From: Octopus bimaculoides
Lineage: Eukaryota
Direction of reading: 5' to 3'
Length of the DNA stretch: 64,000 bases
Assembly: GCF_001194135.2 (NCBI RefSeq)
Contig: NC_069006.1
Location: forward strand, 11,525,401-11,589,400
The notes under the pieces: generated by a model
Told to the model about the DNA's origin: nothing
What the model saw: the letters and a program-made list of their open reading frames with translations, nothing else
Database searches by the model: none
Position numbers and translations under genes: made by a program
In this document: positions 13,009 through 26,023 of the stretch, in pieces
Numbering within the stretch: the stretch's first letter is position 1
Layout: every line of letters begins with the position of its first letter

Positions 13009-14059
13009 GTGAGTTGTTTCAGTTCTCATAGCAACACTTGGAATTGGTGATTTCCATTACCTTACAACATATTCCAGTTGTTGACTACTGGTGTGCTTGT
13101 TCTGCAGCCAGATGATTCTAAGTTATACTGTACTCATTGGCTTCAATGATTTAGTGCCTTCTGGTGAGTGCTTGTGACGAATATGTTCTGCATCTATCCT
13201 TAATTATGACAGGTGTTTGGTTAAAATAAATAGAAGTGTTAATGGAAAAATGAAACAGAGGAGGAAAAGATTTTGTTCTAAGCATTATGGATGGGTAAAA
13301 TTTTTGACTGATTGCTGACCTGTGTCTACAGGTATTTTCGTAGTGAACATAACACGGTTGACAGTGAGTGTACCATGTTATCCTTGGTCAGTGATAATTG
13401 AGGATAGATGTAAAATGATAGACAAACTACCACATGCATATCTCTCTCCTGTGTACACAGTGGATTGCTAGCATGGTTGGAGCATCAGACAGAATGCCTG
13501 ACTATTTATTCTGGGTCTTTGTACAATTTGCTGTGTGTGGCTTTTTAAAAAATTCTTTTTCCTTCTGATGATGAGGTGAATGAGTACTGGTAAAAAATAC
13601 TGGTGTGCAGCTCACTTTTACCATGATATGTGCTGCTACCAAGTCATGATGGTGATGGCTAAATTATATAATTGGTGTATATCTAAGGGACAGTGGTCAA
13701 TGTGTTAAGCAAAGGCATTTTGTGGTATGGCTTTTGATTGAAAGCCTTATGTCCCTTAATCCTAGGTTTACTTAGCCTGTCTCCTACTATGAGTTTGACA
13801 AAGTAAGTAGCAGGCAAAGTACTGGAATTCTAAGTGCTTCAGTATGACCATAGTGCAGTGGTACATGGTGATTGGACTTGAAATGTTTGTTCTTCAATTC
13901 TGTTGGTACTTTTACAATGAGGTGCAGTTAGAAGTAAGCGTGTACTTAGGTATGATAAAATATTTTTTTAGTTACACGTTGAACAAAAACGATTACAATT
14001 GATGTTGTATTGATAGATCTGCTGTTAACCGCTGTTGCCATTGTTTCTGTCTACTCCAG

Positions 14060-14124
14060 ATGATTGTTATGTATCTACAAGTATTGGAATGCGAAAAAAA
14101 CCAGAAGCTTGTGCAGTGTGCATG
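14060..14124 (+). CDS. CCNL1: Cyclin L exon B (MIVMYLQVLECEKNQKLVQCAW)
   Basis: ctccag|ATG acceptor, TG|gtgagt donor, 65 nt (phase 0 to 2). Matches vertebrate IIVMYLQVLECERNQTLVQTAW. Confidence 0.95.
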
Positions 14125-17100
14125 GTGAGTATTTTCAGTTGATTCAGATTAACAGACACTCAAGTGTCACAGTAATTAAAATTAATCATATAAACAGCAG
14201 CATCTTGTCTTCTTGTTGTTGTTTATTTAAATGGGAAATAGGGTCAACTCTTTTGCTTCTGGTCTCAAACCCAAGGATATCAAACTGGTAGGGAAGGGTT
14301 CCAGAGTTGTGAAATCAGCAATTTATGTGGTCATACAGGGACAATGTCAAAGTATTGAACAGGGGAGTGTTTGGCTGACAGGGAAGACTATGTGGTGGTG
14401 GTAGTAGATGTTTAGCTCCTAGCCAGCCCTGATTGATTTGATGTAATCAAAATATTCCAACCATGATCATCCCCTCTTCTATTTCAGATAAATGTATCTA
14501 GGAGTATATTCTTTTGAGTGACATCTGGTTGTTTCTAGCAGTGACCATTTGGTGGTTCTAACATAAATGGTGGAATCTTTAGTAAAATGGGAAAATGTCT
14601 GAAAGTAAAAAATAATTCTGTTAATCCATTTATTAACTGTTGAAGTCCCAGCAGATTTATGATCAATTATTCCCAGCATCACCATCCAGTCCCCCCCCCT
14701 CTTCCCTAGGACTACATTATTGAATGTCTTGCCTTTTACTAAGAGAGGGTGTGATTTGAGGCAGATTGGGCTGCCATTTCCTTGCAATTTAAGCAACCGT
14801 GTTGAAGCTCCCTTAATAGTTTGGAAGACAATGGGGGGTGGAGTGCATTCTGTGATCAAATGCGTGAACCATGAAGACCAGCTTTGATGCTGTTATTGTT
14901 TAGCTTTAGGTTGGCTTTGCTCAAGTGGATATGTGATCAAAGGTGTTCCAGCCATGGCCACCTCCTTTTTGTTTTTCAGGTACACCATGTCTCTAGGACA
15001 CTCTTATGTACCCATCAATTTTTTTCAAGGTGGTAGGGTGCGATTTGAGGGAGATTTGGTTGCTATTTCTATCTAACAGGGTCACTGTGTAACCTGAGTT
15101 GTTTGTGTGGGAAGTTGTTTATTCAAGTTCAGGGTTATTTGCTATTTTCTTAATAAAATTAAACTCTTTGTCAGCCACTGATTGTTTATTAATATTGATT
15201 TTCTTTTTTACCTGCCCAGCTGAAATGGGTAGAACTTGCTTTGTGCCATCCTAAGACTGCCGACTACTGTCTACTACAGCTCCTCCTACTGTCGATCAGG
15301 AAGTGTCCTGAGAACCAGTCACCACAACCCTGCACAACTGATATGCCACCTGCATCATATTCTCAGAACAAGTTCTTGATGGATCCAACCAGTGCCTGCT
15401 GTTGATTTGCAGTTTGTCATTCAAGCAGTGATTCAGGGCTCTTTTCTGATTTTATGGCTTTTTGTTAACTCATTCAGTCCTGTGTGCCAGGTCTCTCTTT
15501 TTGAGAAGATGTCTTTTATGAAATTTTTTTAAATCCTACAATGCTTCTGGTAAAATTAAAAAAACACTAAAACCAACCAAAAAAAAAGGTAATAACCCAA
15601 ACTGCTGCGGTGCTTCCCTCTCGTTTGTACCAAAACTTTCCTCTTTTAATTGATGTCTTCCTGTGTGTTTTTTTTTTTTTATTCCCTGCTTTTGGGCTAT
15701 TTTAGTTTCTTCTAAGATGCAGAAATGTTTTAAACTTTCAACCTCCTTCCTTCCCATTCTAGCAGTCCTAATATGATTCCATTATTCCCCATTTTCCCTA
15801 AAATGTGGGCTGGATGAGTTGACATGTCAGTCTTCCTATGTAAGCTGTAATCAGAAAAATTGTATATTTTTCTAAACAACTTTTCCCTGAACTTGAATAT
15901 TTCCAACAACCATTTGTTAGTAAATATTTTGTTAGATGCTAGAGTTAGCTGGTTTACACAAACACGCAAGTACACAGTGTCCTGGTTAACAGTAACCAAT
16001 TTAGTAAGTATTGGTCATTCATTCATTCATTCATTCATTCATTCATCATCATCATTTAACATCTGTTTTCCATGCTGGCATGGGCAACTTTTGGGGGAAG
16101 CAAGCTGCACTTAAAAAAATAATTCTAGATAATTTTTCATTAGACCTGCCATTCAGAAAGTCCCATGGACTGCAGTTTTCCCATGAATGGGTTAAACAGT
16201 AAATTCTAATGGTATGCAAGCTAGTAGCTCAAGTTTTCTGTAGCTACTAGATCTGATGTGTATATAAACAGAACAGATACTTGTTTCTCTGGGATTGGTC
16301 AAGTGATGTAGACACCTGATGAGACTTTAATAAGAATTGAAACTTGATTAAAACGGTTTGTTCTTTTTTTTTTTTTTTCAAATAAGCAAAGTTGACATGT
16401 TTGTATATACCTGCTGTGTAGATTTTTAGATATGTAGTGAGAAGTCTGATGTGAGCAACAAATCATGACTTAACTCTGCTGATGGTATTGAAACAAAAAC
16501 AAATACTATACAAACTACACAGATTGGTCATGTCAGAGAAATAATGTCTGACTAAATTGTCACTTTAATAATCTCTGATAACTCTTAATTGATAGGTATT
16601 TACTCTTAGTTTTTAATCAGCTCTCTTCTTCATCATTTTAATGCTTTCCTAGTTCAGATGGAGTCTGTTGAGGCAGATTTTCTGGTTTCCAACCCACACA
16701 TTTTTTCCAAACAAGAGGTTTCCCCATGGTCAGATGCATTTTTCATGGAAAACAATATCACTCTTACGGTGCTGAAGCTTGTTTACAACCATTATATGAA
16801 GTCTAGACAAGGATACGTGCATACATATATCTATGTATACAACTAACTTTCAGGTTCTGTCTGCCAAATTCACTCATGTCTTTGGTTGACCTGGGGTTAT
16901 AGTTGACACTTGTCCAAGGTGCCATTACAATGGGATTGAACCTAAATCCACATGATTGGAAAGCAAGCTTTTTATGATGCAGCCATTCCTGCTGAGAGCA
17001 ATCTATGACAAGAGAAACTAATGAATAGTAATATTCCCATTGGACCCCAAAATTTATTATAAACTTGTGGCCATGCTGATGCACTACTCCACAAAAACTC

Positions 17101-17668
17101 AGATGGTTATCAATAAAACACTTACTTCAACCCTAGTCAATTGCTGTCTTTCTACACCCTGTAGTTTGTGGGTAGATTGATTTCAGTATTAAACTGAGCC
17201 AGTTTTATTTTTGTTCTTAGTTGGTGGTAATATTTTGGGAATGAGATTGATATTCTAATTACATCTACTTCACTTGCAATGAGCATTGCATATGGGCCCA
17301 AGATTATCTGATTGGATCTATTTGCTATGAGCATCGCAAATCTCTCTATATGTTCTTCATTTATATAAGTCCAATATGGCTGGAATGCTTTTGATCACAG
17401 AATCTGCATGGTCAGGATTGGCCTATGGCTAAACAACAGCTAAAGATATATTCAAGTTTTAGTTACGATTTTGAAGATGTTTTAATGTGAAAGTTCCAGG
17501 GGTGATTAGGTGAAGCCTGTTGTATGTTTGTCTCTGTTATTGTTGCATTATTGTCATTCCAAGAAAGTAGCATTTGGATGACTATTTCTACAAACTCTGC
17601 TTCACTACAAATGAATGTTTCATACCTCCATCTATTTCCCTATTTTTTTTTCTCTCTCTCTCTTACAG

Positions 17669-17768
17669 GAATTATATGAATGACAGTTTCAGAACAAATG
17701 TATTTGTACGTTATCATCCAGAAACAATTGCTTGTGCCTGTATTTATCTTGCTGCTCGACAACTTCAG
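17669..17768 (+). CDS. CCNL1: Cyclin L exon C ([33 protein letters not shown])
   Basis: Long pyrimidine tract then tacag|G, CAG|gtaaga donor, 100 nt (phase 2 to 0). Second cyclin fold motif NYMND...[14 protein letters not shown]. Confidence 0.97.
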
Positions 17769-18720
17769 GTAAGAACAAATCTTTTTTTTTTTTTAATGTC
17801 TATGTCTTCTTTTATGTTCATCCTGTACATTAAGAGTTTGCTCTAGCACCACACTTTTTCGTCTTCTCATAATATTTTTGTAACTGTATTTCCTTTATTA
17901 TAACAAGACTTGTATTTGTCCTTCCCTCTATCATGCTTGAAGCAAGCAGTGGTGTACCATTCAGAAAGCAAATACCCCCCTCCTACTCCTACAGTCAGGG
18001 ATTTTTTTTTCTGTCTTGCAAGTTACTTGGTGCTGTTGCTGGTGCCAGTGACATAAGTAGCTGGTGTTAGGAAAGGCATCCATCTGCAGAAGAACCATGC
18101 TAAAGCTGACATTACAGTTTGATGCAGCCCTGAAACTGGCTAGGTCCTGTTAGTATGGAAAACTGATATTAAATGATGATGGTCTTTGTGATTTCAAGTT
18201 GTAACCAAAGAACAACCTTGTTAGGATTTTGCTTAAATATTGCAGTGATATCAACAGTTGATATCACTGCAATGGTTACAGAATTATTCTATTCTGCTAT
18301 GAACCAGATCATTGTAATCGTGGAAGATAGGCACTTGAAATTTGTTATTCCATCAGTAGATAGATGTATTAGGATCATCATTGGGTTTGATGTAGTTTAT
18401 TGAGGTGGATATTTTCCCATGGTTATATTTTTTGAAGAATACTGGAAATGAATGACGCTGACACACATTTTCAACTACCATACTGTTTCAAGACAAGGTG
18501 AGAGAGACACACACACATAGGTTTCTTTCATTTTCTGTCTCCCAAGTTCATTCACAAGGCTTTGGTTAGCTAGGGGCTGTTGTAGAAGACTCTTGCTCAT
18601 AGTACCTTGCAGTGGGACTGAACCTGAAACCACATGGATGGGAAGCAAGCTTCTTAACCTCACAGCTACGCCTGCATGTATATATAACTAATAATGTATT
18701 GTTGTTTCTTTAATATTCAG

Positions 18721-18825
18721 ATTCCTTTACCAAATAGTCCCCATTGGTTCTGGTTGTTTGATGTTACGGAAGAACAGATCAAAGCTGTTAGTTTGACAAT
18801 TTTGAGACTCTATGCTAGGAAGAAG
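18721..18825 (+). CDS. CCNL1: Cyclin L exon D ([35 protein letters not shown])
   Basis: ttcag|ATT acceptor, AAG|gtaagt donor, 105 nt (phase 0 to 0). Matches IPLP..PHWF.LF..TEE.I......LRLY.RKK. Confidence 0.95.
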
Positions 18826-18949
18826 GTAAGTTGATATTTTAGTGTTGTGATCGAGAGCTAAAATAGTCACTCAACTTTACTTGCCTTTCACTTGACTCGT
18901 CTTTGCCTATCAATAGATTAAATCTTACTTTTACACATCTTGTTTCTAG

Positions 18950-19073
18950 GCAAACTGTGATGAATTAGAGAAAATAGTTGCTGAACACAGACGTATACAG
19001 GTTGAGGCAAAACTAAAGGCAAAAAATCAGAAATCTGGCAATGGTACCCCTAACTCGACAATTTCACGTCCTG
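18950..19073 (+). CDS. CCNL1: Cyclin L exon E (ANCDELEKIVAEHRRIQVEAKLKAKNQKSGNGTPNSTISRP)
   Basis: tttctag|GCA acceptor, G|gtaagt donor, 124 nt (phase 0 to 1). Contains EAKLKAK...GTP as in vertebrate cyclin L. Confidence 0.92.
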
Positions 19074-19261
19074 GTAAGTGATTCTCAATGGTTTTGAGGT
19101 CTCTTTCTCTTTGTTGTTATACTATATAATTAATTAGTAGTAGCAGTGGTTGTGGTTACTACATGGTCCTTACTGTTGTGTAGTTTGTGATCCTTCACCT
19201 TATTCACATATTTCCACAAACTTCTGTTGTGCCATTCCTAAACCTGTTCGTTTCATTTCAG

Positions 19262-19355
19262 CTTCCCCCAAGTTGACTTGCAGTCCAGTGACTTCTTCAG
19301 CTCCAACGAAGGCCAAGAGTAAAGATGAACGTGTTCAATCAGACCACAGTTCAGA
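19262..19355 (+). CDS. CCNL1: Cyclin L exon F (ASPKLTCSPVTSSAPTKAKSKDERVQSDHSS)
   Basis: catttcag| acceptor, GA|gtaagt donor, 94 nt (phase 1 to 2). Keeps frame between E and G; low-complexity linker. Confidence 0.85.
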
Positions 19356-19749
19356 GTAAGTTGTCCAGTCTTAATTTAGTAATTAAAAGCAGATGTTAAT
19401 TTTTTCTTGTCTCATCATTAAGTACTGTGTGTGAGCATTTTAGACACTGATTTCAGAGTAAATATTCAGGGAAAGATAGCTTTTAGTTTCATTACAGCAA
19501 TCTAGCTGTGTATAATAAAAGTATGTTAGCTAATGGTAAAGTAAATACTATTCTTATGAAATTAGGCTAGGTAGGAGAGAGCCTATTGTAGTAAGAAGCT
19601 TCAGGGGTGAATTTAGCTAACAAGGACCTGAGATTTTTCATAGATAAAAGTGCATCTTATATGCCATCAAATACAGTATTAATTTGGTTAGTTTTTCTTT
19701 GTGTTACTAGCACTAAATTAATGTCTTCATTTCTGTGTTTTTCTTGTAG

Positions 19750-19845
19750 TGATCCTGCACCACATAACCATGTCAACAAGAGGAGGCGAAGTCTTTCCAG
19801 AAGTGACAAAAGCCTATCAGACTCCAACTCCAAAAGTAGATCGAG
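19750..19845 (+). CDS. CCNL1: Cyclin L exon G (DPAPHNHVNKRRRSLSRSDKSLSDSNSKSRS)
   Basis: ttcttgtag| acceptor, AG|gtgagt donor, 96 nt (phase 2 to 2). Start of the RS-rich region. Confidence 0.87.
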
Positions 19846-20267
19846 GTGAGTTATTTGTTGTTGATGTTCAGGTGGGTGGATTACTCTTGCTTGAATTAAG
19901 TATAGCTCCAGTAATGATGGGTTGTAGGGACAAGTACCATTATAGCCCCTAATGACCACTTATTCGATCCACTTGATCTATTAAAGGAGATTTATGTCCT
20001 GGTGATGGTTTTTGTCAAAGGAGGAAGGTAGCAGTTTCAATTTCTTTTTAACTTATTGAGAGGAATAAGGTTTCCGTATTTGTCAGGGATTCTTACAGAG
20101 AGTCACAAAATGCACATAATATTTTAATATTTGAAGGGAAAGAAAAGTGTCATATATGGTTATGTCTTTAGAACTCCTCTTTTTTAAAATTTCAAACAGA
20201 ACATTTGAGATTTTAATTATCGTAGCAATTACTATGTATTATTGAGTAAATTTCTTTTCTTTTGCAG

Positions 20268-20610
20268 ATCTGAGAGGTCTTTCAGCCACAGTCACAGTCG
20301 ATCTCCTGCCAACAAGAATAAAAGATATCGGACTCCACCACGTAAATATCGTAGCAAGGATAAATACTCGCCTGAGCGCTACGTCCAGAAAGAAAAACAC
20401 ACCCACAAACGTAACAAACGTCGGTCATACTCGAGAAGCCGCAGTCGATCATTCAGTCAGTCTCCTGAACATCGACGTGCTGGCCACAAGAAATACTACC
20501 GTGAGAGGGACCATTATCCTTACAATCACAGCCCCGACAACAAACAGTATAAGAAACACAGAAACCACCGCAGCCCCTCTTACGAGAGGTATGACAAGTA
20601 CAAACGGTAA
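20268..20610 (+). CDS. CCNL1: Cyclin L terminal coding exon H, RS/His-rich domain, TAA at 20608-20610
   Basis: tttcttttcttttgcag| acceptor, phase 2. Encodes SERSFSHSHSRSP...RSYSRSRSRSFSQSP...YDKYKR*, typical of the cyclin L C-terminal RS domain. Confidence 0.93.
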
Positions 20611-21104
20611 TGCCAGCTTGTCAAAGCAGAATGTGATTTTTGTATACCAGTTCCCCCCCTCCTCTCCCCTTGCCACTCACCACGTTAGTTGACAATTTCC
20701 TACCTCCAACACAGGAGAGTGTTAGTGGTACCATCAGTTTGTTGGTCTCAGTTGACAGCACCCACCCCAACCTTTCACCTTGCTGTGTTCCTACAATGAT
20801 ACATAGGTCCTTCATTTCCCTTTTAGGTTATTTCTAAATTTCTTTTTTTTTTTTTTTAAATTCAAAAAAGAACATCAAAAAAACGTGGATTCTGTGAAGT
20901 CCATGGAACAATCTAGATTGAAATGTTTGTTGGGTCTGTTGCTACTGTGCACTGATAACTAAAAGTTTGTGTATGTGTGGTTTGGTCCTGTCTGTGTTCC
21001 ATCATCTTGGCTATCTCATCTACTTCTCAGGGACATCATTTGTCGATACTCATCATGCCATGAAAAGGATGTGAAGACAGTTGTAAATATATTTGTAAAT
21101 AGAC

Positions 21105-21110
21105 ATTAAA
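21105..21110 (+). terminator. Candidate cyclin L poly(A) signal (ATTAAA); a distal AATAAA is at 21999-22004
   Basis: ATTAAA is preceded by TGTA motifs and followed by a T/GT-rich tract, about 500 nt after the stop. Usage is not testable from sequence. Confidence 0.45.
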
Positions 21111-23858
21111 ACATATATCTGTATAGATTCAAACTTCTCTCTGTCTTCTTTTATTCTTGTTCTCATTGTTGTTTTAGCCCATTTGATAGCCTGCTTGAAA
21201 CTGCCTCTGGTTTTATGACACACTTTCTGTTTTAATGTGATCTAAATTTTAAAATCTCCCATCAGAATTTCATCTTGATTTATGTTCCAAATACCAGCTG
21301 TACAACGACAGTTATTTTTTAATAAGTTTTTTATTATTTTCAAAATTTTATTGAATCATAGGCAGTGTGTTTCAACAGAAATGTGGTAACAAAAAGGTTA
21401 ATATTCTTGGAACTGTTACTGCTATATTTCTGCTAATATTGCACTTGTTGGGATCAGGGGCTTTGTGCTGGTCCAATCCTGCTCAAACGGATCTTTTGAA
21501 TGAAAGACTTTCCAACCATGACCATTTTTTCTTTTATGTTCAAATTGTGTATTTAGGACTATTTTATCAAATATTGTTTAATGTCCATCTTCTAAGCTGG
21601 TATTGGTTGGACAGTTTAACAAGAAACAATGATCCAGAGCACTCTGCCAAGTTCCATTGTCTACTTTTCGATGGCCTCAGCTAAATGCTCTTCATAACAC
21701 CAGCCACTTCGTAGACTATGGAATACTTCAACTTCAAGGGTGGGCTTGGCCTTTTTGTCAAATTGTAAAAAAATATTTGAGGCAAATTTTTGGCTGCTGT
21801 TTCTAGATCATGTTATCCTGTTGACATTTCATCAATCTTTTTGCCAGTACAATGAGTTAAGAGTAATCCAGATATTCTATCTCATTCAAATCAACCAGAT
21901 CTGGCATCTCACACCTAACTTACAATGTCATTCTAAAAAGAAACAATCTCATTGAAATCTTAAAGCTACAAGATAATACATGGTTAATTCTAAAGGTGAA
22001 TAAATAAGCATTACATTTGAGAAAATAATGTGAATGCCAAAGGGCTGAGGAACATGGATTTATTTTATCATTCCTCAACAAAGAAAACTCCTCAGTGTTG
22101 GTGAGGTTTGTTCAGAGTTACTGTAATGAAACAATTTTAACACAGAAGGTATCATGTAAAAATCTTGAAAGATACAGGCATGACTGTGCTATTAAGGGTT
22201 CACAATTTCACTGACAGTTATATTTTGAACAATCTTATTCTTTAACCATCCTTGAGTTGGTATTTTTCTTATATCACAGATTTTTAAAGGCAAAAAGCCA
22301 GCATCCAGACACCTGCACATATATATGCTACAGGCTACTTTTCGTTTTACATCAACCAATACGCGATAAGGCTTTTGTTGACCTGGGCCTATAGTAGAAG
22401 ACACTTGCAGAAGTCACTGTGCACTGTGACTACCTGAAACTACTCTCTCGAGAAGTGAACTTCTGAATCAATCATGCCCGGAAAAGAGCCCAATCCTTTC
22501 AAACAAAAAATATCGTGTAATTGTTTTTCCCCGATCTACTTAGATGCTTCTTTGTAACTTTTTACTATGAATCAGTAATCTTTCTACTCGCTGTTTAACA
22601 ATAACATCTTGCAGCCGATGTTTGCTTGACGTGGGTATTTGCTACCGAGGAAGCTGACAAAAAATCTAGCAACTTCACCAGTATTGGCCGACCTTTGCCC
22701 ACTGCTGGTATTTCTATATTACATGTGTAATGGTATGCGACTCAGTGTCTGACGTATTTTAGGACAGGGGAGGTAATCGAGTAATTATTCCACTTCGATA
22801 TGGGCATGTCAGGACAAACTAATTCCTAAAATAACTGAGATGAACTGTTTTATTTATTTTCTGAGTTTTCGGCTCTACGCCCAGTCTTTTGCACATACAA
22901 AATAAGTAGCTTATTGTAATCACTTTGGGACAGTTATTTAGATAACATTAAGCAGGAGATATGACAATATTCTGATCATGTTTGGGAGCCAGTATTTCAT
23001 GTGTCATCTTAGTATTTATATATGACATATATTCTAAATGCATTTGTCTGCATATAAAACCTCTCTTCTCTGTTAACTTCACTATAATCACACTACATCT
23101 CTGTCGTGTGTTCATAATTCCCATTGGTTACTTAGTATTTCGTTTCTACCTTCAGAAATGGAGTAATGAGGACATAATAAGCGGTCATGTTTGGCAATTA
23201 AAGGACTCCCATGGACCTAGTTGTTTGACTGACTGACTAAACAATCAAATGATCAATTAGTTAAATGGCTCACTAGTTGACTTATCTTTTCTACTGTAGG
23301 CACAAGGCCTGAAATTTTGTGGGGAGCAGGTTGATTGCATGGGCCCCAGATGCTCAACTGGTATTAATTTGACCAACCCTGAAAGGTAGCATTGACCACA
23401 GTGGAATTTGAACTCAGTCAAGGTGTAAGATAGAACCACTGCATGGGTTTCTTACTGGCATGATGACCCTCCCACGATACAATGTACTACCAACACCTTT
23501 TCTGTATATTGAACGGAGACATTTCCTTAATGGTAACGAAATCCAGTCTTCTTTGCTCTGTACATTGCTTGTAAGATAGACATGGTCTCTTGATCTGTCC
23601 AGGAAGAATGAAATGCTGGATAAGAAATGGCTCAAACTCAAACTAGTCTAACCATTGAGGAGAAACAACAGAGAGAACGCAAAAGAGCACATGAGAGGCA
23701 CCACTTCTCTGTTGCGTTAAGTAGCTTCACCTGCATCAGATATTATTGCTGTTGCACATCAACAGCAGACCTTGAAGACCACATGTAAGACTACCAGAGA
23801 TAATTACTGAACAAGAACGGTCAACATTGACCTACAACGGACAGCCACCACCGATATA

Positions 23859-24180
23859 TATAGTGATTCAAAAGTCACCATACACGAGAACAATTTCTCT
23901 TTTTTATAAAAAAGTTTTTATATTTTAACAGTCTCTATATGGTTACCATGGTTTTGATTACACATTGCAATACGTTTACCCCACTCATTGTGAACTCGTA
24001 ATAACACATCTGGTGATGCGTTCCTTCAAATGATTTATGTCTTATCTTTCCACGATACACCATGCCTTTCAAATGCCCCCAAAGATAGAAATCAAGAAGG
24101 GTCAGATCAAGGGATCTTATAAACTGTTTTTATAAAAAAAATAATTTTTCCCTTTGCATGGAGACTTTTGAATCACCCTG
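23859..24180 (-). mobile_element. Tc1/mariner deletion derivative (322 bp) retaining the transposase C-terminus
   Basis: Inverted termini GTGATTCAAAAGTC(A/T)CCAT flanked by TA. The - strand encodes RSLDLTLLDFYLWGHLKGMVY and PDVLLRVHNEWGKRIAMCNQNHGNHIE, a classic mariner-family tail. Confidence 0.85.
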
Positions 24181-24399
24181 TATATATATGTGAACACCCA
24201 AACATTTTCATATACTACACACTCATATTATATACATATACATGTCAACCATCCTACCCGTACATGCATGGAAGGCCGGATGTTAAATGATGATGTATAT
24301 ATATAAATACACAGACGCAAATGCATATATATATATATATATCATCATCATCATCATCGTTTTAATGTTCACTTCTCCATGCACACATGGATTGGACTT

Positions 24400-24442
<43 letters not shown>

Positions 24443-25442
24443 GTGTGATATGTACAAGCATGCTTGCTTGCATGTGTGTATGAGTGTGCATAAGCAAGAA
24501 AAAGAGAAAGATGTACCACAGAAAATAATAGTTTTGACATAATTGCATAAAATCCCCTACCTGAACATGACCACAGCCCATTTGACTGGATTCAGGAATA
24601 GAATAATATTAATACCTGACTTTCTGCGATGGATTGGCGTCCCGTCTAGCTGGGGGGAAAACTGGGTCCATGTGCCTGGCTAGGCTTTGAAAGGATGCAT
24701 AAATAAATAAAAATACCTGACTTTGGCGCATGGGCAACAAATTTCTTAGAGAGGGAGTGTAGCAGTTCAAAGCAAACCATAGTACATTATTGGTATGTAT
24801 TTTATCACGTGCTAGAAATATATATTTATTGGTGAACCAGATTGCAGAGGGACCTGAAGAAGAAGAGGAACCCTATTCAAGTACTTGTTTTTGGCCCTTA
24901 ATTTTCTGACTCTATTGACACTGTTATTTTTAATGCATCAAGTATTCATGTCTTTCTTACATAGTTTGGCCTACAACAGTTTAAATCAAGGATCAGCAAA
25001 CTTATGTTATTGACCCTTTTGTGAAATCATTGAGAACTTGACTCGCATTATGTAAATTTCTAAAATACAATTCAAAAGTATAATCGGTAAACATTTCTTG
25101 ATATTAAAACAATAATTCCTTCATTTTTTTTGCGTCACTATTGCTTTGTAATTAGAAATATTTAAAGAAATTTTAATGAAATTGATAAGGAACAATAAAA
25201 TTTCAGTGATATTATGTTGGTTATGTAAGGCACCAAGTTGGTAGTCATTAGCATACTGGACAAAATAATTTTCAGTGGCATTTTCATCTGTCTATACCTT
25301 CTGAGTTCAAATTCTACCAAGGACAACCTTGCCTTTCAGAGTTGATAAAATAAATACCAGTTGAGTGCTGCAATCTAAGTAACCAAACACCTCTAGCCCC
25401 ACCCCAAGTTTCAGGTCTTCGCAGACGAATATCATATTCATA

Positions 25443-25822
25443 GGTGCAGGAGTGGCTGTGTGATAAGAAGCTTGCTTCCGAACCACATGGTTCTGGGTTC
25501 AGTTCCACTGTGTGGCACCTTGGGCAAGTGTCTTCTACTATAGCCTCGGGCCGACCAAAGCCTTGTAAGTGGATTTGGTAGACGGAAACTGAAAGAAGCC
25601 CGTCGTATATAAATATATAATTGCGTGTGTGTGTTTGTCCCCCACCATCGCTTGACAACCGACGTTGGTGTGTTTACGTCACCGTAACTTAGCGGTTTGG
25701 CATAAGCAACCAATAGAATTAGTACTAGGCTTACAAAGAATAAGTCCTGGGGATCAATCTCTTCGACTAAAAGCGGTGCTCCAGCATGGCTGCAGTCAAA
25801 TAACTGAAACAAGTAAAAGAAT
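25443..25822 (+). mobile_element. Full-length tRNA-headed SINE with CORE-like domain (family A)
   Basis: A-box-like GGAGTGGCTGTGTG, B-box-like GGTTCAGTTCC, CORE-like GTGGCACCTTGGGCAAGTGTCTTCTACTATAG, and AAAAGAAT tail. Confidence 0.85.
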
Positions 25823-25824
25823 AT

Positions 25825-26023
25825 TCTTTTCTACTCTATGCACAAGGCCCGAAATTTTGAGGGTGGGAGCCAGTCGATTAGATCGACCCCAGTACTCATC
25901 TGGTACTTAATTTATCGACCCTGAAAGGATGAAAGGTAAAGTCGACCTCAGTGAAATTTGAACTTCAGAACATAAAGACAGACGAAATACCGCTAAACAT
26001 TTCGTTCAGCCAGTTCGCCGCCT
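25825..26023 (-). mobile_element. tRNA-derived SINE family B with 11-bp TSD
   Basis: Head GGCGGCGAACTGGC, B-box-like GAAGTTCAAATTTC, tail CCTTGTGCATAGAGTAGAAAAGA. TAAAAGAATAT at 25814-24 and 26024-34. Confidence 0.85.

Noticed and set aside
13332-13363. 32-nt cassette (gctgac..ctacag|GTATTTTCGTAG..ACA|gtgagt) with in-frame TAG
   Set aside because: Good splice signals but no additional support. Such pseudo-exons are expected by chance.
12490-16500. Intronic C/D-box snoRNAs in cyclin L introns
   Set aside because: Isolated TGATGA/CTGA words occur, but no convincing box pair with terminal stem and guide. snoscan or Infernal would be decisive.
25443-25510. tRNA gene
   Set aside because: A/B-box-like motifs belong to SINE heads. 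No complete cloverleaf was seen anywhere in the window.
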